Below are positions 31,693 to 44,326 of a DNA stretch of 64,000 bases, in pieces. The translations under genes were made by a program, and so were the position numbers. The DNA lies in the NCBI GenBank assembly GCA_001662655.1, contig KV460216.1. One strand, 5' to 3'. How positions within the stretch are numbered: position 1 is the first letter of the stretch; each line of letters starts with the position of its first letter. Below the pieces are notes generated by a model that was not told the DNA's origin, did not search any database, and saw nothing but the letters and a program-made list of their open reading frames with translations. Source of the DNA: Pseudogymnoascus verrucosus. Lineage: Eukaryota.

Positions 31693-33748
31693 TCATCTCC
31701 CCTCAACTGCACCTGCGACGCGCTCGAGAAACCCATTAAACTCCTTTAGCCGTCTCAACAATCCTCCCTCCAGACTCTTATTACTTGCCATCGCAGCAAC
31801 CTTATCGATCACGACAGGAAGAGGTGGCTTTGCGAGAGAATCGCCCGATGTAGTGTCCCGACCGAGAGATGCGGCGAGGGCGACGTCGTGGAGTGTTGTC
31901 GACAGCGATATCAAAGTCTAGAAATTAGCAACGAACTGTAACGCTAGAAAATAACATACCTGGTTCTCCTTCCCCTCCTCCTCATGCTGAATCCTCGCGG
32001 CATCCATCTTTAACGCAACCTGCTCCCGCTCAGCCCTCAACCGCATCAACTCCGCCCGCAGCTCCCCCTTCTCCTTCACGACCGCCCGAACGCGCTTTCT
32101 CATGGCATACTCCGCATCGAGGGAGATCGTTAGCTCCATCAGCTTCCACCGCGCCTCCTCCGCAAACGCCTCGACCGCGAGCAGCTTGGTTCGGTACTCG
32201 CGTCTCTCCGCTGTCGAACCTGCTGCCTCCAATCCCCGCCCCAGTGCATCGACAGCGCTCCCAGAGAATTCGTCACAGGCCTGCGCGAGCACGTCGACAG
32301 CATTGACGCCGCTGCGAGATGCGAAGGGAATCGCGCGGTTGAGGATGTCGTCATCCGAGTCTGAATCATGGCGCGTCATCCGGTATGCGGTGACAGGGAC
32401 TGCCCCTCTTCTCTTTGCGCCCGTAGGTTTGCGTGTTTTCGGGGCGCGTTGTTTGGCTGGCGATGCTTTGGTTGGCGGCCCAGACGTCCGACGTTTGCTG
32501 CGGGTTGGTTCTGCCTCTTCAAGACCACTGCGTCGGCGGCGTTGGGATACGAGCTTCTTTGCTGCATCGGCGATGGGGATTTCTTCGGCTTCCTCTTGCT
32601 CGTCCACGTCGGGGATTTCTTCGGCCACCTCTTGACCTTTCGATGTTCGCTCTTCCGGTTCCTCTTCCAAAGCGCTGCGCCGGCGACGTCGAGATTTCTG
32701 CTTCGCCACATCCGTGTCGGGAATTTCCACTGCATTAGGTTCTTTGGGAGCACTTCGACGGCGGCGTTTCTTCGCCGTATCGGCATTGGATATTTCTTCA
32801 CGTTCCGGTTCTTCAAGACCATCTCCACGGCGGCGTTTCTTTGTTGCATCGGCACTGGGAATATCTCCAGCTTCTTCGAGTTCGTCCGGCTCCTCACGAG
32901 AACTTCGACGGCGGCGTTTCTTAGCTGCATCGGTATTGGGGGTCTTTGCAGGTTCGACTGTATCCAGTTCTTTAAGGGCACTTCGTCGGCGTCGAGAACT
33001 CGTCGCATCGCCATCCAATGTTTCCTCCACAATCTGTCGCTTCCCACGTTGAGTCCTTGGTTGATCCGGAGACAGTTCGTCGACCTCTTTCTCTCCAGAT
33101 CGAGTCCTTGGTTGATCCGGGGAGAGCTCATCAATCTCATCAACTACGTCAAGCTCTGGCGATGGTACTGTCAGCATCGACTTCCTCGTCCGTGTCGCAT
33201 CTCGTGGCGTCTTTAACTTAGTCGGAGTCCCTCGCTCAGCTGGATCAGACGAAAGATGCTGTCGCCGGCCACTTCCAGGCGCATTTCTCGGGCTTTCCGT
33301 CACCTCTTCATCAATGCGGAGCGCGACTGGATTGATGGATGAGAGCTCATCTTCTATTTCCCGCTCTGGAGTCTTGGTATCCTGTGGTGGTCGTCTCGCC
33401 GACGTTTTATCCCCACCTGCCACCTCGATCCGCTGTCGCTTCTCTGCCCGATTGTCACTTGGTGTTTTCTGTTCGATCCTCTTCCGCGTACTTCCAGATC
33501 GTCTCGATGAAGATGATCCTCGGCCTCTAGTCGGAATTACCCTCGCAGCTCGCGACGAGCTTGGCGTCACTGCGCTTCTTGTTGTTCGTGGTGCTGGCGG
33601 GGCAGGGGGAAGTGTGAAAGCGAAGTTGATGTCCTGGGGTTCTCGTGTTTGCGCGCCCCGAAGACGCTGTTGGCGCGCGGCCTTGCGATCTATAAAAGTC
33701 AGCAACAGTATATACATAATCGTAGAATAGTAACGTACTTGTCGCCAT
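31693..33748 (-). CDS. Putative inner-kinetochore AME1/CENP-U-like protein
   Basis: ATG 33748; introns 33690-33738 and 31918-31959. A long disordered basic/acidic N-terminus precedes C-terminal VPVTAYR..RSGVNAVDVLAQ.C and a coiled coil. The family is from recall. Confidence 0.65.
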
Positions 33749-34994
33749 GGTTGGTGGTGCATTGATTGTTGAGGCGCAAGTGGTGTGTGGTGGTGTGTTG
33801 GAGACGCGTTTGTTTGCGGGGGACGCGGCGCCGTGTCAAAGGGTCTGGGCGGTTGGAAGTATCACAATAGCTAAATTTGGCTGAGTTGGTACTTTGCCAG
33901 CTTGGTGCTTGTGGAAGGTTAAATGTCTGGCACTTCGGAAGTCACTCCACATACAATTTTGGCTGATTGATACACGGCAAGTTCCAGCAAGGCCAAAGTT
34001 GGCAGCCGCGTGCCTGTAAAGCCAAAATTGTAAGCCCAGCAACATATATACCACCGAACTCATCGGAATACTTTCTTCATTCTCAAACACCCAACGCACT
34101 GAAATTTGAGTTCATGATAATGACAGCTATATCTCAATCTGTAACTATATTTATTTGTATGTTTACTATCCCACCGCTCCGCTAGGACTAGAGGAAACTA
34201 CACCCAAGATGAGCTGCTTCGCAAAAGTCCCAGCGAAGGCATTTTTGGGTTCCCGAATCCTTTGACGGAACAACAAAATCCGTGGAGTCTCAACGAAGCC
34301 AAATTGTACGTGAAATTCCTTACCAAGCAACGCAGGAGCATGGGAAACAGGCGTGTGCATGGACATGGAGCCTCAAGATGGCAACGCGCAGCACGTGACA
34401 TAAGCTTACCCAAGTGAGAGTGGATGTCTCATTCCATGATTTCAGGGGTTCAATGCTGACTTGGGACTGATTCAGCGAAGGAATGGGTTTCATATCTGAA
34501 GAGCTTTGGGTCTCGAAAGCGTTCCCACGCGGTTTCAATCGCCATCAACGTTGAGATAATGGACAGACTCCATGATCAGTCCAAAGGCCTAGCATGCCAA
34601 GGGCCTCATTCCAAAGGCACGCGTTCTCACCGGCAACACAATGGGAACACAGCAATTTTAAACTCAGCCTCAGTTCTGCACTGACCCTGCGGCTTACCCT
34701 CTCATATAGTAGCTTTTTTCCCATTTGTAGGGGTGAGAAATTAGCTCTCATCCAATCCAACGATTGGCTCTGAACCCCAACCCAATCGTTTTTCTCATTT
34801 AAGCGCGGCAGTATCGGGTGTCGAATCCTTCTCAGCCACCTCAGCTTCCCCTTCCTCCTTTAGTGAGGATGGTACCCGACGGACGCTCCCTCTTCTTTAA
34901 AGTTCGACAGGTCCCTCGCTCCACAATTTAATTGATACCACAACTCCCACCCAATTCTTGGCCTGTTGCTTCCACTGCCCGTCTAACCTTCTCC

Positions 34995-35985
34995 ATGGCC
35001 TCAACTCTCCGCGCAGTCACTCTTGTCGCCTGCCTATTGTCGCAGGTTCAACACGTTCAGTCGAAAATATGCTACGAGTCTAATGGCTTTGAAAGTACGA
35101 GTTACTATGATTGTGCACCCGACGCCGCCGTGAGCGCGTGCTGCCGACCGGGTGATATCTGCTACACCAATGGGCTCTGCCATCCTGGCCCCGATGCAGA
35201 GCAAGGAATAACTCCTTGGTACTGGCACGGTTGCACTGATCCCACGTTCCAAGACCCGAGTTGCTTCTCTGCTTGCTTTGCTGGTAAGCCTGTCCAACTG
35301 CGAGGGTGTTCTTGCCTTTATAACCGTCATATCGGCATTGGCGTCCAGCTTTCATAGTCCTGATGCTAACAGTCAAATAGTTACTGGCGACGGCGTGTAT
35401 AGTTGCCCAAATCAAGGCCCGAACAAATGGTGTTGCTACGGCCTTGGAGGATGTGATTGCAATAACTCTACCCAAGTTGTGTCGGCTCTGGCTGGTAGTA
35501 TCATTACTACTATCGATTTTGGGGTCACATCCATCTCAAGTACGAAGACTACGAAGACTACAGCGACAACAACTCCAACCAGCGACTCTACAACCACAAC
35601 AACAACACCCCCAACAACAACCGCCGGAAAGGAAACAACGACGGACGGAGGGGCAGCAGCAGGGGAAACAACAGGGCAAACAGCAGGAACTACGCCCACT
35701 GAAACGCCAACTTCGGAAAAGAGCAAAAGCAATGCTCTCCCAATTGGTGTTGGTGTCGGAGTTGGTGGCGCAGCTGCGATCGCGATAGCCGGCCTAATAT
35801 TCTTCTTCATGCGCCGTCGAAAGCAGCAAGTAGCAGCAGCCCAGATGATTGGCCCAGAACCAAAATACACCGCTGCTGCACAGGTGCCGCAGTATGAAAT
35901 GCCTGCGAGGGGGGGGAATGCTTCTGAACTACCCGCTGCGCCTCATCCAATAGAGTACTACCAGGAATTGCCTGCGGAACGGTGA
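34995..35985 (+). CDS. Single-pass cell-surface protein (Cys-rich ectodomain, Ser/Thr stalk; Mid2-like architecture)
   Basis: Signal peptide, SACC..GDICYTNGLC..GCTD, intron 35284-35380, Thr-rich stalk, TM IGVGVGVGG..FFFMRRRK and a tail with E(L/M)PA repeats. Confidence 0.85.
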
Positions 35986-36503
35986 TTGGTATGATAACGA
36001 AGGACAATTACATGTACATATGGAGTTACGGGTGTGCTTAGCGATTTAGCAACTATTTGGTATTTCCCTGTCTACTTTATATTTATATGCGACCAAGATT
36101 TTATCCGCGTTTCCGTCCATTGGTAGATGTGTCAAAGTCGTGTTTTTTAACCTTAAAAATGTTTAGTTTTGGGGGCTTCGGGCCGATCCGTTCAGCTGCA
36201 TGTGCGCCGTAGATGGAGGAAATGGCACCCAAAGTCTCAGCACCAGCTGCATATCCTTAGCTGATACAGACACATAAAGAAACTCTCATACTTCCCCGAC
36301 GGCAGAGAGCTTGATTGATCCCTTTGATCCAGCCTCCTCGCTATATCCAAGCTGCATACACATGTCATCCTGAACGCGATTGAGGCCGAACCACTTTTCA
36401 CAATACAAAACACGGTTGAGGGCTACAGAGCAGAGTAATTAGCTGCTTCTATGATGCTATGATAGACGGCCTCTTTTGACACGACCTCTGTCCTGATTCA
36501 CAA

Positions 36504-37442
36504 TCAGGCCAACATCGCTCTGACAGTCTCCTGAATCGACCGAGGCTTACACCCCCTTTTCGACAAAAGATCACTGAGAGTAGAATCCGTGACATGACAC
36601 TCATTGCTCTTCAAAGCATCGTAGCTCGTAGACCACCACTCCACGTTTCCCCTCTCCATCCCCATGTCCTCAACATAATATCTGACGTACTCTTCCCTCG
36701 AAACAACTTTCAAGCTCACCTGAGTACCCTTGACCTCAGACACGATCTCAGCTATCTCCGCCAGTGTCGTCGCCGTCGGTGCTGAAAGATTGAATGTTTT
36801 GCCTTCGTATTTCGACGACGAATCTGCAACCACCAAAGCCGTGGTGTATCCCAGGTCTCGTATAGGTGTCCAGTTGATCGGCCCATCCCCAGCAACCACA
36901 ACTTCCTTCCGAGGATCATCTTTCAGTTTGAAATAGTTCCCAAAGTATAGTGGCCATGACTCGTTATATAACCCTTCGCGAATGACTGTGAACTTGACAT
37001 CTTTCAAGCCATAGAGATACTCCTCGGTGCGGTTGTGAGCCCGCATAACTCCAGCCTTGGAGTCCGATCCAAATGCCAGAGATAAATAATAAATGTGGTC
37101 TACACCAGCCTTCCGTGCAGCATCGATCGCATCAAAGTGATGCTTTTCGCGACCCTCCCCATGAGGAGCGTTGTTGAAGTCCATGGAGATACGTGGCGAC
37201 GAGACCAATACGAGCTTGGTGCAGCCCGAATACGCGCTCTCCATAGATGGCTTGTCATCATAGTTGGATTGGCGCACTTGGGCCCCTTGTGATTTAACAG
37301 AGTCCCATTGGGTATCGGAAGGCTTGGATGAGGTGCAAATCACAAGTTGGTCCGCAGGGATGAGGCCATAATTCAGAATTGCCTTGAGGATAGCACCCCC
37401 CAACTTCCCAGAGCAGCCTGTCAAAGCATACATGTCGTACAT
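36504..37442 (-). CDS. NmrA-like / atypical SDR NAD(P)-binding oxidoreductase
   Basis: TGCSGKLG Rossmann motif, AIDAARKAGVDHIYYLS, H..TE..L and IREGLYNE. Confidence 0.9.
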   Translation of the reverse strand: MYDMYALTGCSGKLGGAILKAILNYGLIPADQLVICTSSKPSDTQWDSVKSQGAQVRQSNYDDKPSMESAYSGCTKLVLVSSPRISMDFNNAPHGEGREKHHFDAIDAARKAGVDHIYYLSLAFGSDSKAGVMRAHNRTEEYLYGLKDVKFTVIREGLYNESWPLYFGNYFKLKDDPRKEVVVAGDGPINWTPIRDLGYTTALVVADSSSKYEGKTFNLSAPTATTLAEIAEIVSEVKGTQVSLKVVSREEYVRYYVEDMGMERGNVEWWSTSYDALKSNECHVTDSTLSDLLSKRGCKPRSIQETVRAMLA

Positions 37443-37778
37443 AGACAACTATAGTTCAGCTTGCAAAAGATAGATATAGAGCACGAGGTTGGATTATGTT
37501 TGGATGTTCTCCAACCATTTATATCTTATCTCACGATAACAAAATAGACGTCATTTTGGAGTCCGCTTGGTAATCATTTCATAGTAAAGTCAATGGCTTG
37601 GCTTGGTAATCATTCCATTGTGAAGTCAACTACAGCGCACACATCAATTCCAAACACAATAACTCAGACAGGACCCAGTCGCTCAAATGCAAACTAAGCC
37701 GCGCAAATGTCCTAACTCCGTGTTCTCTCCAACAAAATCCCACTATCCCAAACTCCATCCAATGTAATCCTTGACAAA

Positions 37779-40700
37779 TTATGCAACCCAACTCCGGCGT
37801 CTTCCATTGACGCTGCTTGAGCCGGTCGTATCCTCAATACCTTCCCAGGGAAGGTCAAGCTCGGAGTCCTCCCCAGAATCCTCACCCTCGGGATCTTGCT
37901 CAGACTTATCCTTCTTGAGAGCATCGACGTCAATCCCAATATCCATGAGCGTAACTTCAACTTCCTTCTCACTGAGCTCTTGGCCAGTCTCCTTCTGTCC
38001 CTCAAGAACATCGTAGAGCGCGTAAATTTGATCCGCCTTCGTGTCAATTGCCTTTAACAAACTCTCAATTCTGGCTTTGACAGCCTTGCGTTTGCGCATG
38101 CTGAGCGATGGATCATGTTTGTTGTAAACGGCCTGATACTGGGCCAGTTCAATCTTCAGGTGGGCCAGCTCGTCCTCAAGACCCTTCATGACTGTAGCAA
38201 GTGCAAGGCCTGGGGTGACAGATGGGCGCATTGTCGGCTCATCTTCGTATGGCCCAGCAACGGGCATGCGATCAGAGACGGGGATAGGCTTCTGGATTGA
38301 AACAGTTTGCTTCATCTCGTTATTCTCAAAAGAGGCCACGCGTGTGCAAACCGTGCAGTTACCGCCATCATGGTGGCAGAGCGTGTCAAGGACCTTCTTG
38401 GCTTTGGCGGAGAGGGTTGGGTGGCCGCCGTTCATTGCTACACTCAAAGTGATATCCGGGATAATGAATGCCGAGGTAACCTCCTCCGTCGTAATGTGGC
38501 GGCGTGCTGTGCGGGCCTTGATGGAGGTCTCAGAATGGCGTCGCGTATGAGACATTGAATGGGAGGTATTGTCCTGGTCTTGTTTGGCTGAGTTGCGATT
38601 TTTGAGAATACCAGTGAGTCCCTGGGTGACCGGGGTCGATTTCGCCGATCTACTCGACGCAACTGAATGGGACGTGTGCTCATGGTTTCCCGCACCGGCG
38701 CTGAGTTCTGCGTTTCGGGCTCTCTCATTCGCGAGCATTTCTCGGAGACGATCCATTTCCCCATGGCCCAGAATGCTTGAATAGTTTGAGCCCTGGGTCG
38801 CGTCTTCTGCATTGACATTGAGGTCCTTGTGAACAGTCTTTGTAACATCATCAAAGGATCCTTCATCGCTGGCGTCGTCAAAGTCTTCATTGGTGGTTCC
38901 TGCTGGAGGGATATCGAAGGTCTCCTCCTCGGCATACGACTTGACATTTCTTGATTGGGTGTGGCGGGATTGCGAACGTGATCGTGATCGCGACTGCAAG
39001 CGTGCTGGCACTTGCTTCCCAACGACTGCCTGGACACGGCCGCGGGTGCTTGACCGAGGGTTGCTTGGCTCTTTCTGAGCCTGTTGCTTTTGGACGACTG
39101 GTTTGCGAGTCTTGACGCTAGCGGTATTCGCCAGGCGAGCTTGTTGGATCTCTTGAGTCATTTCGCGGAGTTCAGCAACGGCAGCTTCACGTCGGCTAAT
39201 CTTCTCACGAAGGCCAGTTTCTTTTTGCCTCCACTGTCGAGTATTCTCCTCCGAGTCGGTGCTGAGTCGCGCCAATTCAAGCTTCAGATCACCATTCTCA
39301 CTCCTGAGGGCATTATTCTCAGACTGCAGCTGCTCCGTCGTATAATACGCCTCAGCAAGCTGTTTAGCCGCCTGGTCGCGCTCGAATGATATAGTCTTGA
39401 GGCGCAACTCCTGGTTGGACGACTTTCTCTCAATCTCGCTGTAACGAACCTGTAAAGACTTGAACTGTGCTTCTATTTCTAAGGCGATGTTAGTGGTTAA
39501 TATATATGAGTCGATGGGGTTTACTAACTGGTCTTCTCAGCTACGAGGTTCTTGTTCCCTTTCCCAAATTCTCCATCACTGCCACTGTCGGCCATTCCTA
39601 AGGCACTATCTGATCGGCGGTGTTTCTGAAGCTGTGCATTCTCTGATTGGAGCTGGAAATTGTCGTCTTGCAGGTTCTGGGCTACTCGCTGCGCGTCTGC
39701 CTTCTCCATCTCGAGCATAGCAACCTTATCTTGGAGGAGCTGCAACGAGATGAAAATAGCCTTTTCCTCATCTGGGACGGGGACAGTGTCCAGCTTCACG
39801 TGGCCTGGCCCAGGTGGGGTTCTCTCAGAGGAATATGTGAATCGGGACTGCACCTTGCCGCTGCGTGTAAACACTGGCGTTCCATCCTTAAATGACCCTG
39901 AGACAAGCTCAGAAAGGTCGGGCATGTTTGGAAGAAGGAACGATTGGTTTGTCTGGTTGGCAGTGTATGAATTTTGCGTGGCATTGTTCTGAGGCCGAGG
40001 AGTTTGTTGGAATTCGTCGCGGTGTCCAGATAGTGCGTCGGCTAAAGCAGTCTTGATTTGTTGTTGAGGAATATTGTGGATGGCAGAAAGAGGTGAGCCC
40101 TTTGGCTGGGCTGCGGAGAATCGCGACTGCTTTGGCTGGAATGTGACTGTGGCCGGTCGCTCATCGCTGATGAAAGATCCATCAGAGTCGTCGGCAACTC
40201 GGGCGTGGATCTCTGCAAGAGTGCGACGTTGTTCTCCGCTGGAGGATCGCGTCGCTCCAGAAACATAGTTCGGCAACTTTGTCGCTGATGGCGGTGGGAT
40301 GTTCTCCTTCTGGGGCGTGCCTTTGCTGCTTTGCCTTCCGTTCCCGACACTGCTTCGGAGAGAGTCTTGTCTGTGCTTTGATTGACCCTTCGATGGCGGT
40401 GTGCTGAGAATCTTAAAATCCCCGATGCTGACAACTGGAGAGTCGATGTTGTCCGAGTATTCTGTTTGTGGGACCCTGCTTGGAACGCGTTGCCTTGTTT
40501 TTGTTCCGCGTCCAACCTCTACATGGAAGCTGCTCTCGTCCGAGCTGCCTCCTTGGGAAAAGTCGGGAAAAGCACGCCCGATCGCCGAGGTGTTGATGAT
40601 GAAGTCGTTTGTTTGTTGCCTGTTACCGTTCCAGCGGCCATACTTCTTCGCGGTATCGCGTAGCTCTGGGAGCCTCTGGGAAATATTGAGGTCCATTTGA

Positions 40701-40873
40701 CGCGTGGACATTATCGCCTCGTTCTCGGGATCAAAGTCGATTGTGGAGTCGTCGCTCACGGTGCCATGGTGGGAACCGGTCGAGGAAGCACATGAGTGAT
40801 CGTGTCTGTTGAGATCTCGGGCCATTTCTCGAATCAATCGAGAGCGATGTCTCAAGTCAGCCGAGGCAGCCAT
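37779..40873 (-). CDS. Spindle-pole-body protein, Ppc89/Cep57-like
   Basis: Two exons (intron ~39479-39528). FPDF, QSFLLP.MPDLSELVSG, coiled coils, TSAFIIPDIT, H...NCTVC and EDEPTMRPS..PGLALA.V.K.LEDEL.HLK. Confidence 0.82.
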
Positions 40874-42193
40874 TAAAGCGGCTCACTTTGTGCAATGTGG
40901 ACGTTGGTGGAGGTGCTATCCGGCACTGTTGTTTATGCCGGTTGTGGATGGATGTTTGGGCGGCGTCGCGTCGAGTTCTTGGAGCAGACAGGAAAGCTAA
41001 AGAGTACAAAAGAATCTTCTTGGACTACGATATGCGCCGTAAGAATTGAAATGGTTAGGTTTGTTGTCGAATAATTGGCGTATGAGTTATTGTCGTATCG
41101 GAAGAAATGATGGGTTATGGGAATGAGGTTGGCAGAGGTTTGTTTACTTTTGGGTGACGCACGGACTCATTGACAATGGCACCCACGCGCCAAGGTTTCT
41201 GATCGAGAAGGGAAGGACCGCACCACGGCAGAGGAGGTTAAAAAATGGATTTGACTTCAACATCAGGGCTTGTTTTTAATTGAAGGCTTTTTATATATGG
41301 TATTAATGGGTATAGGTCTGCAATCGCCCTTTTACTATGTCAGTGAGGTTTGGCGGGGTTGGTTGGCACATATTATTTATTTGTCGGTTTCGAATTTTAA
41401 AACCTCAAATTAATCCGATTATCATTATTTTAGTTTATATGGAGGATACGTATTTGAGTCCGCTGTGCAGTGACAGAGAGCCAAGATAATTTAGAGATAG
41501 TATCCGCCGAAGGAAATCATATTACTGCTTCGTCGAATCTTGTGCTTCTAATTATAGCCATTGCGATTTACTTATTTGTTTGCTGTGATAAGCCCGTTCA
41601 TGGACGTTGTCCACCATGCCAAGAATATCCAACTCGACATCAACGGGGCCTTGAGGGGAATTTAGCTGGACCCCCACAAACATGAAGCTGGAATAAGCTG
41701 GGCCACTTGAGTTACTACATATTGGTTCACCAAATCAATAAACTTTTAAGTAAAACGCTTCCATCGTGTCTGCGCTGTTGGTGTTCTCCCTTCTGTCCCA
41801 GGCTTGAAAGCGGGATGCGTCAAAAACATGTGACATTAGTGGCGACAACTAATAGGAGAAGGAACGAGAAAACTTCATATTTCTCACTTGGATCCGGATC
41901 TGACTGATGAATACCGGCCTGTTAATAATTACTTTTGGACATCTATAGAAAGTTCAACACCTCCAATTATATAGATATTGTGGGCTGTCAACCCGTTGAC
42001 GTTGAATATCATCCAAATCTGTCTGAACGGCAACCCTACAATTCGAAGCTAGCAAATTTCCACCCCTGGAAAACCGCAAAACCCACCCCGCACAAGGCTA
42101 CGAGTAGAGGAGTTAGTAGAAGGCTCCGTGACTTGGGAATTACTTCATAGCTCTCATAAGTCAGTATTTCCTCTGCCCCTGAACCAATACGCC

Positions 42194-43869
42194 ATGGACA
42201 ACCCATGGAGGGACGATGACTTTTCCGCATCATCAGCTTGCGAAGTGGCGCCATATGAAATCCTCGAGCCAGAGGTAGCTACTACCTCTCTTTTCCCAAA
42301 GGTTCAATACTCATTGCATCTCCGCGTCAGCGTCTAGCAGCAGAATCATCTGATCTCCAAACTTTCACCCAAAACATTGCGGAACAGCCGTATGACCCAG
42401 AGTCCTGGCTGCTCCGCGCGCGCTGCCTCCGGCTTCTGGGATTCCCAGAGCTGGCACTCGGTGATGCGTACAAAGCGCGACTGCTAGTTGAAGCCAGCCA
42501 GGAAAAAAGCACTCCACTCGGGAAGAAAGCTTTTCTGGCTTTGTGCGATAAAACCAGGCTCCTGCACGAGACAGACCCGAGATTAGCGGCATGGAAGCAC
42601 CTCGTTTCAACGACAGCGCTCCTTGAGAAGCGCGTCGTTGCAGAACTGCAAGAGCTCGAGCTCCAGGTTTGGTCAGAGCTCATGGAAGGCTTGATGGCTT
42701 CAAATGCGTGTAGTGACTACCTGACCCTCAGCCAAGAAGCGGTGCTTCGATTCCCGCAAGATGCTGTATTTCCATCGGAGGTGCTGAACGCGAAGTCGTG
42801 GTTCAAGCAGAGGGATGACATCCTGCGGGAGCAGGTAAACGCCGGCGAGATGAGCGAAGAGAAAATGCAGGCAACTCTTCATAACGGCGGCGTCTACCCT
42901 GTGGCTTATCCGTGGATGCGAGAGGATTTTGTGTCGAGAGAGGATTCTTTCCTCGACGGGTGTAAAAAAGAGTTCAGCGTGCGATCTACCAATAGCACTG
43001 TTTCTCGCAGTGCTATTAGGGACGTTGACGAAGACGACGACGCCCCAAGCTCAGGAGACGTTCTTGGCGCCTTCGCGACGAAGAGTATCGCTCCAGCAGA
43101 TACCGTGCTCGTGGACAGCACTGTGGCAGGCGTCACAAGTAGCGCTGAACGCTGCCCGACGTGCTGTGGCCGAATCATGGAAGAGATTCTCAACGATTGC
43201 TGCAGCGTCCCGTACTGTAGTACAGACTGCTCCAAGACGGCCCTGGATACCTTCCACGCCTCCGTCTGCGGCAAAGATTTCGGCTTCTTAACATCTGCAG
43301 CAGAGTCAGCGCAACTAACAACCGACCTCTCTCTGGACTCAGTACTCCTCCTCCGAGTCCTGGCTCTCTCTATGCAAGAACCGACGCTTCACCCCTTGAA
43401 GACATCTCTCCTCAATCGACTGACGCCCACGTATAAAAACGACGAGTTGATAATTTTCAACTTCCCAGACCACATCGTAACACCTATTCGGGTGCTGGGC
43501 GAGCTGGGCATTGATGTTTTCGCAAACGCCGCTTATGACACCTGGGTCCTGCATACAATAAGATGTCGGCTGCAGAATAACAAGCACGGGCAGACTCTCG
43601 ATGGGTTCCCTGGGACGGCCGTGAACCCATTGTACTCAATGTTCAATCATAGCTGTGCACCGAATGTGGACTGGGAGCACGGAGATAGTAATAGCACATT
43701 GAGAATGTTTGCTCTACGAGACGTAGAGGAAGGAGAGGAGCTATTTATCTCGTATATAAGGCCGTTGACGATGGACTATGCGGAGAGGCAAGAGAGCCTA
43801 TTGCCCTGGTTGGGAATGGAGTGCGAATGTGAGCGGTGTAAAGCCGAAAGGCCGCCAACTGAGGCTTGA
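42194..43869 (+). CDS. SET-domain protein with MYND-like insert (SMYD-type)
   Basis: CPTC..CCSVPYCSTDC..FH..VC, SMFNHSCAPNV, GEELFISY and post-SET CECERC. The first exon and intron (~42275-42340) are approximate. Confidence 0.88.
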
Positions 43870-44326
43870 CATATTTGGTGGCATTTGGATATACAGCAGG
43901 AGACATGATCGAGGATAAAAGCATATTTAAGTCGATTTAGCCATTGAAGGGATTGAAAACGATTGTTTCCCATAGTTGCCGAAGTGCCAAGTAACAAGCC
44001 GAGACTTGATAGCCATAAATTTAGATAATAGCGTCTCGGCCTGTCATCTCCTTATGAGAGGCGGCCAACACCACACCCACCAAAGCTGCGACGTTGATTG
44101 ACTTACTGTGTGTCACAAATATTGATGGTTGTCTCAATCGCCCGTGAGCATTGAACAGAACGACACATTCTCCCGCGACTCGAGCATCGCAATGCCCCCT
44201 CCCTAAAGCCAGATGACACTAAATATGTATATGAAAGTCTAAATTATGCTGTTTGTTAAATGAGGTATCTATATGGGTTACGCACTGTGCAATAAACCGT
44301 TCCAAACGCCATGGGGTAATTGACAA

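Noticed and set aside
32368..33216. 282-aa plus-strand ORF and overlapping frames
   Set aside because: Antisense shadows of the repetitive AME1-like CDS.
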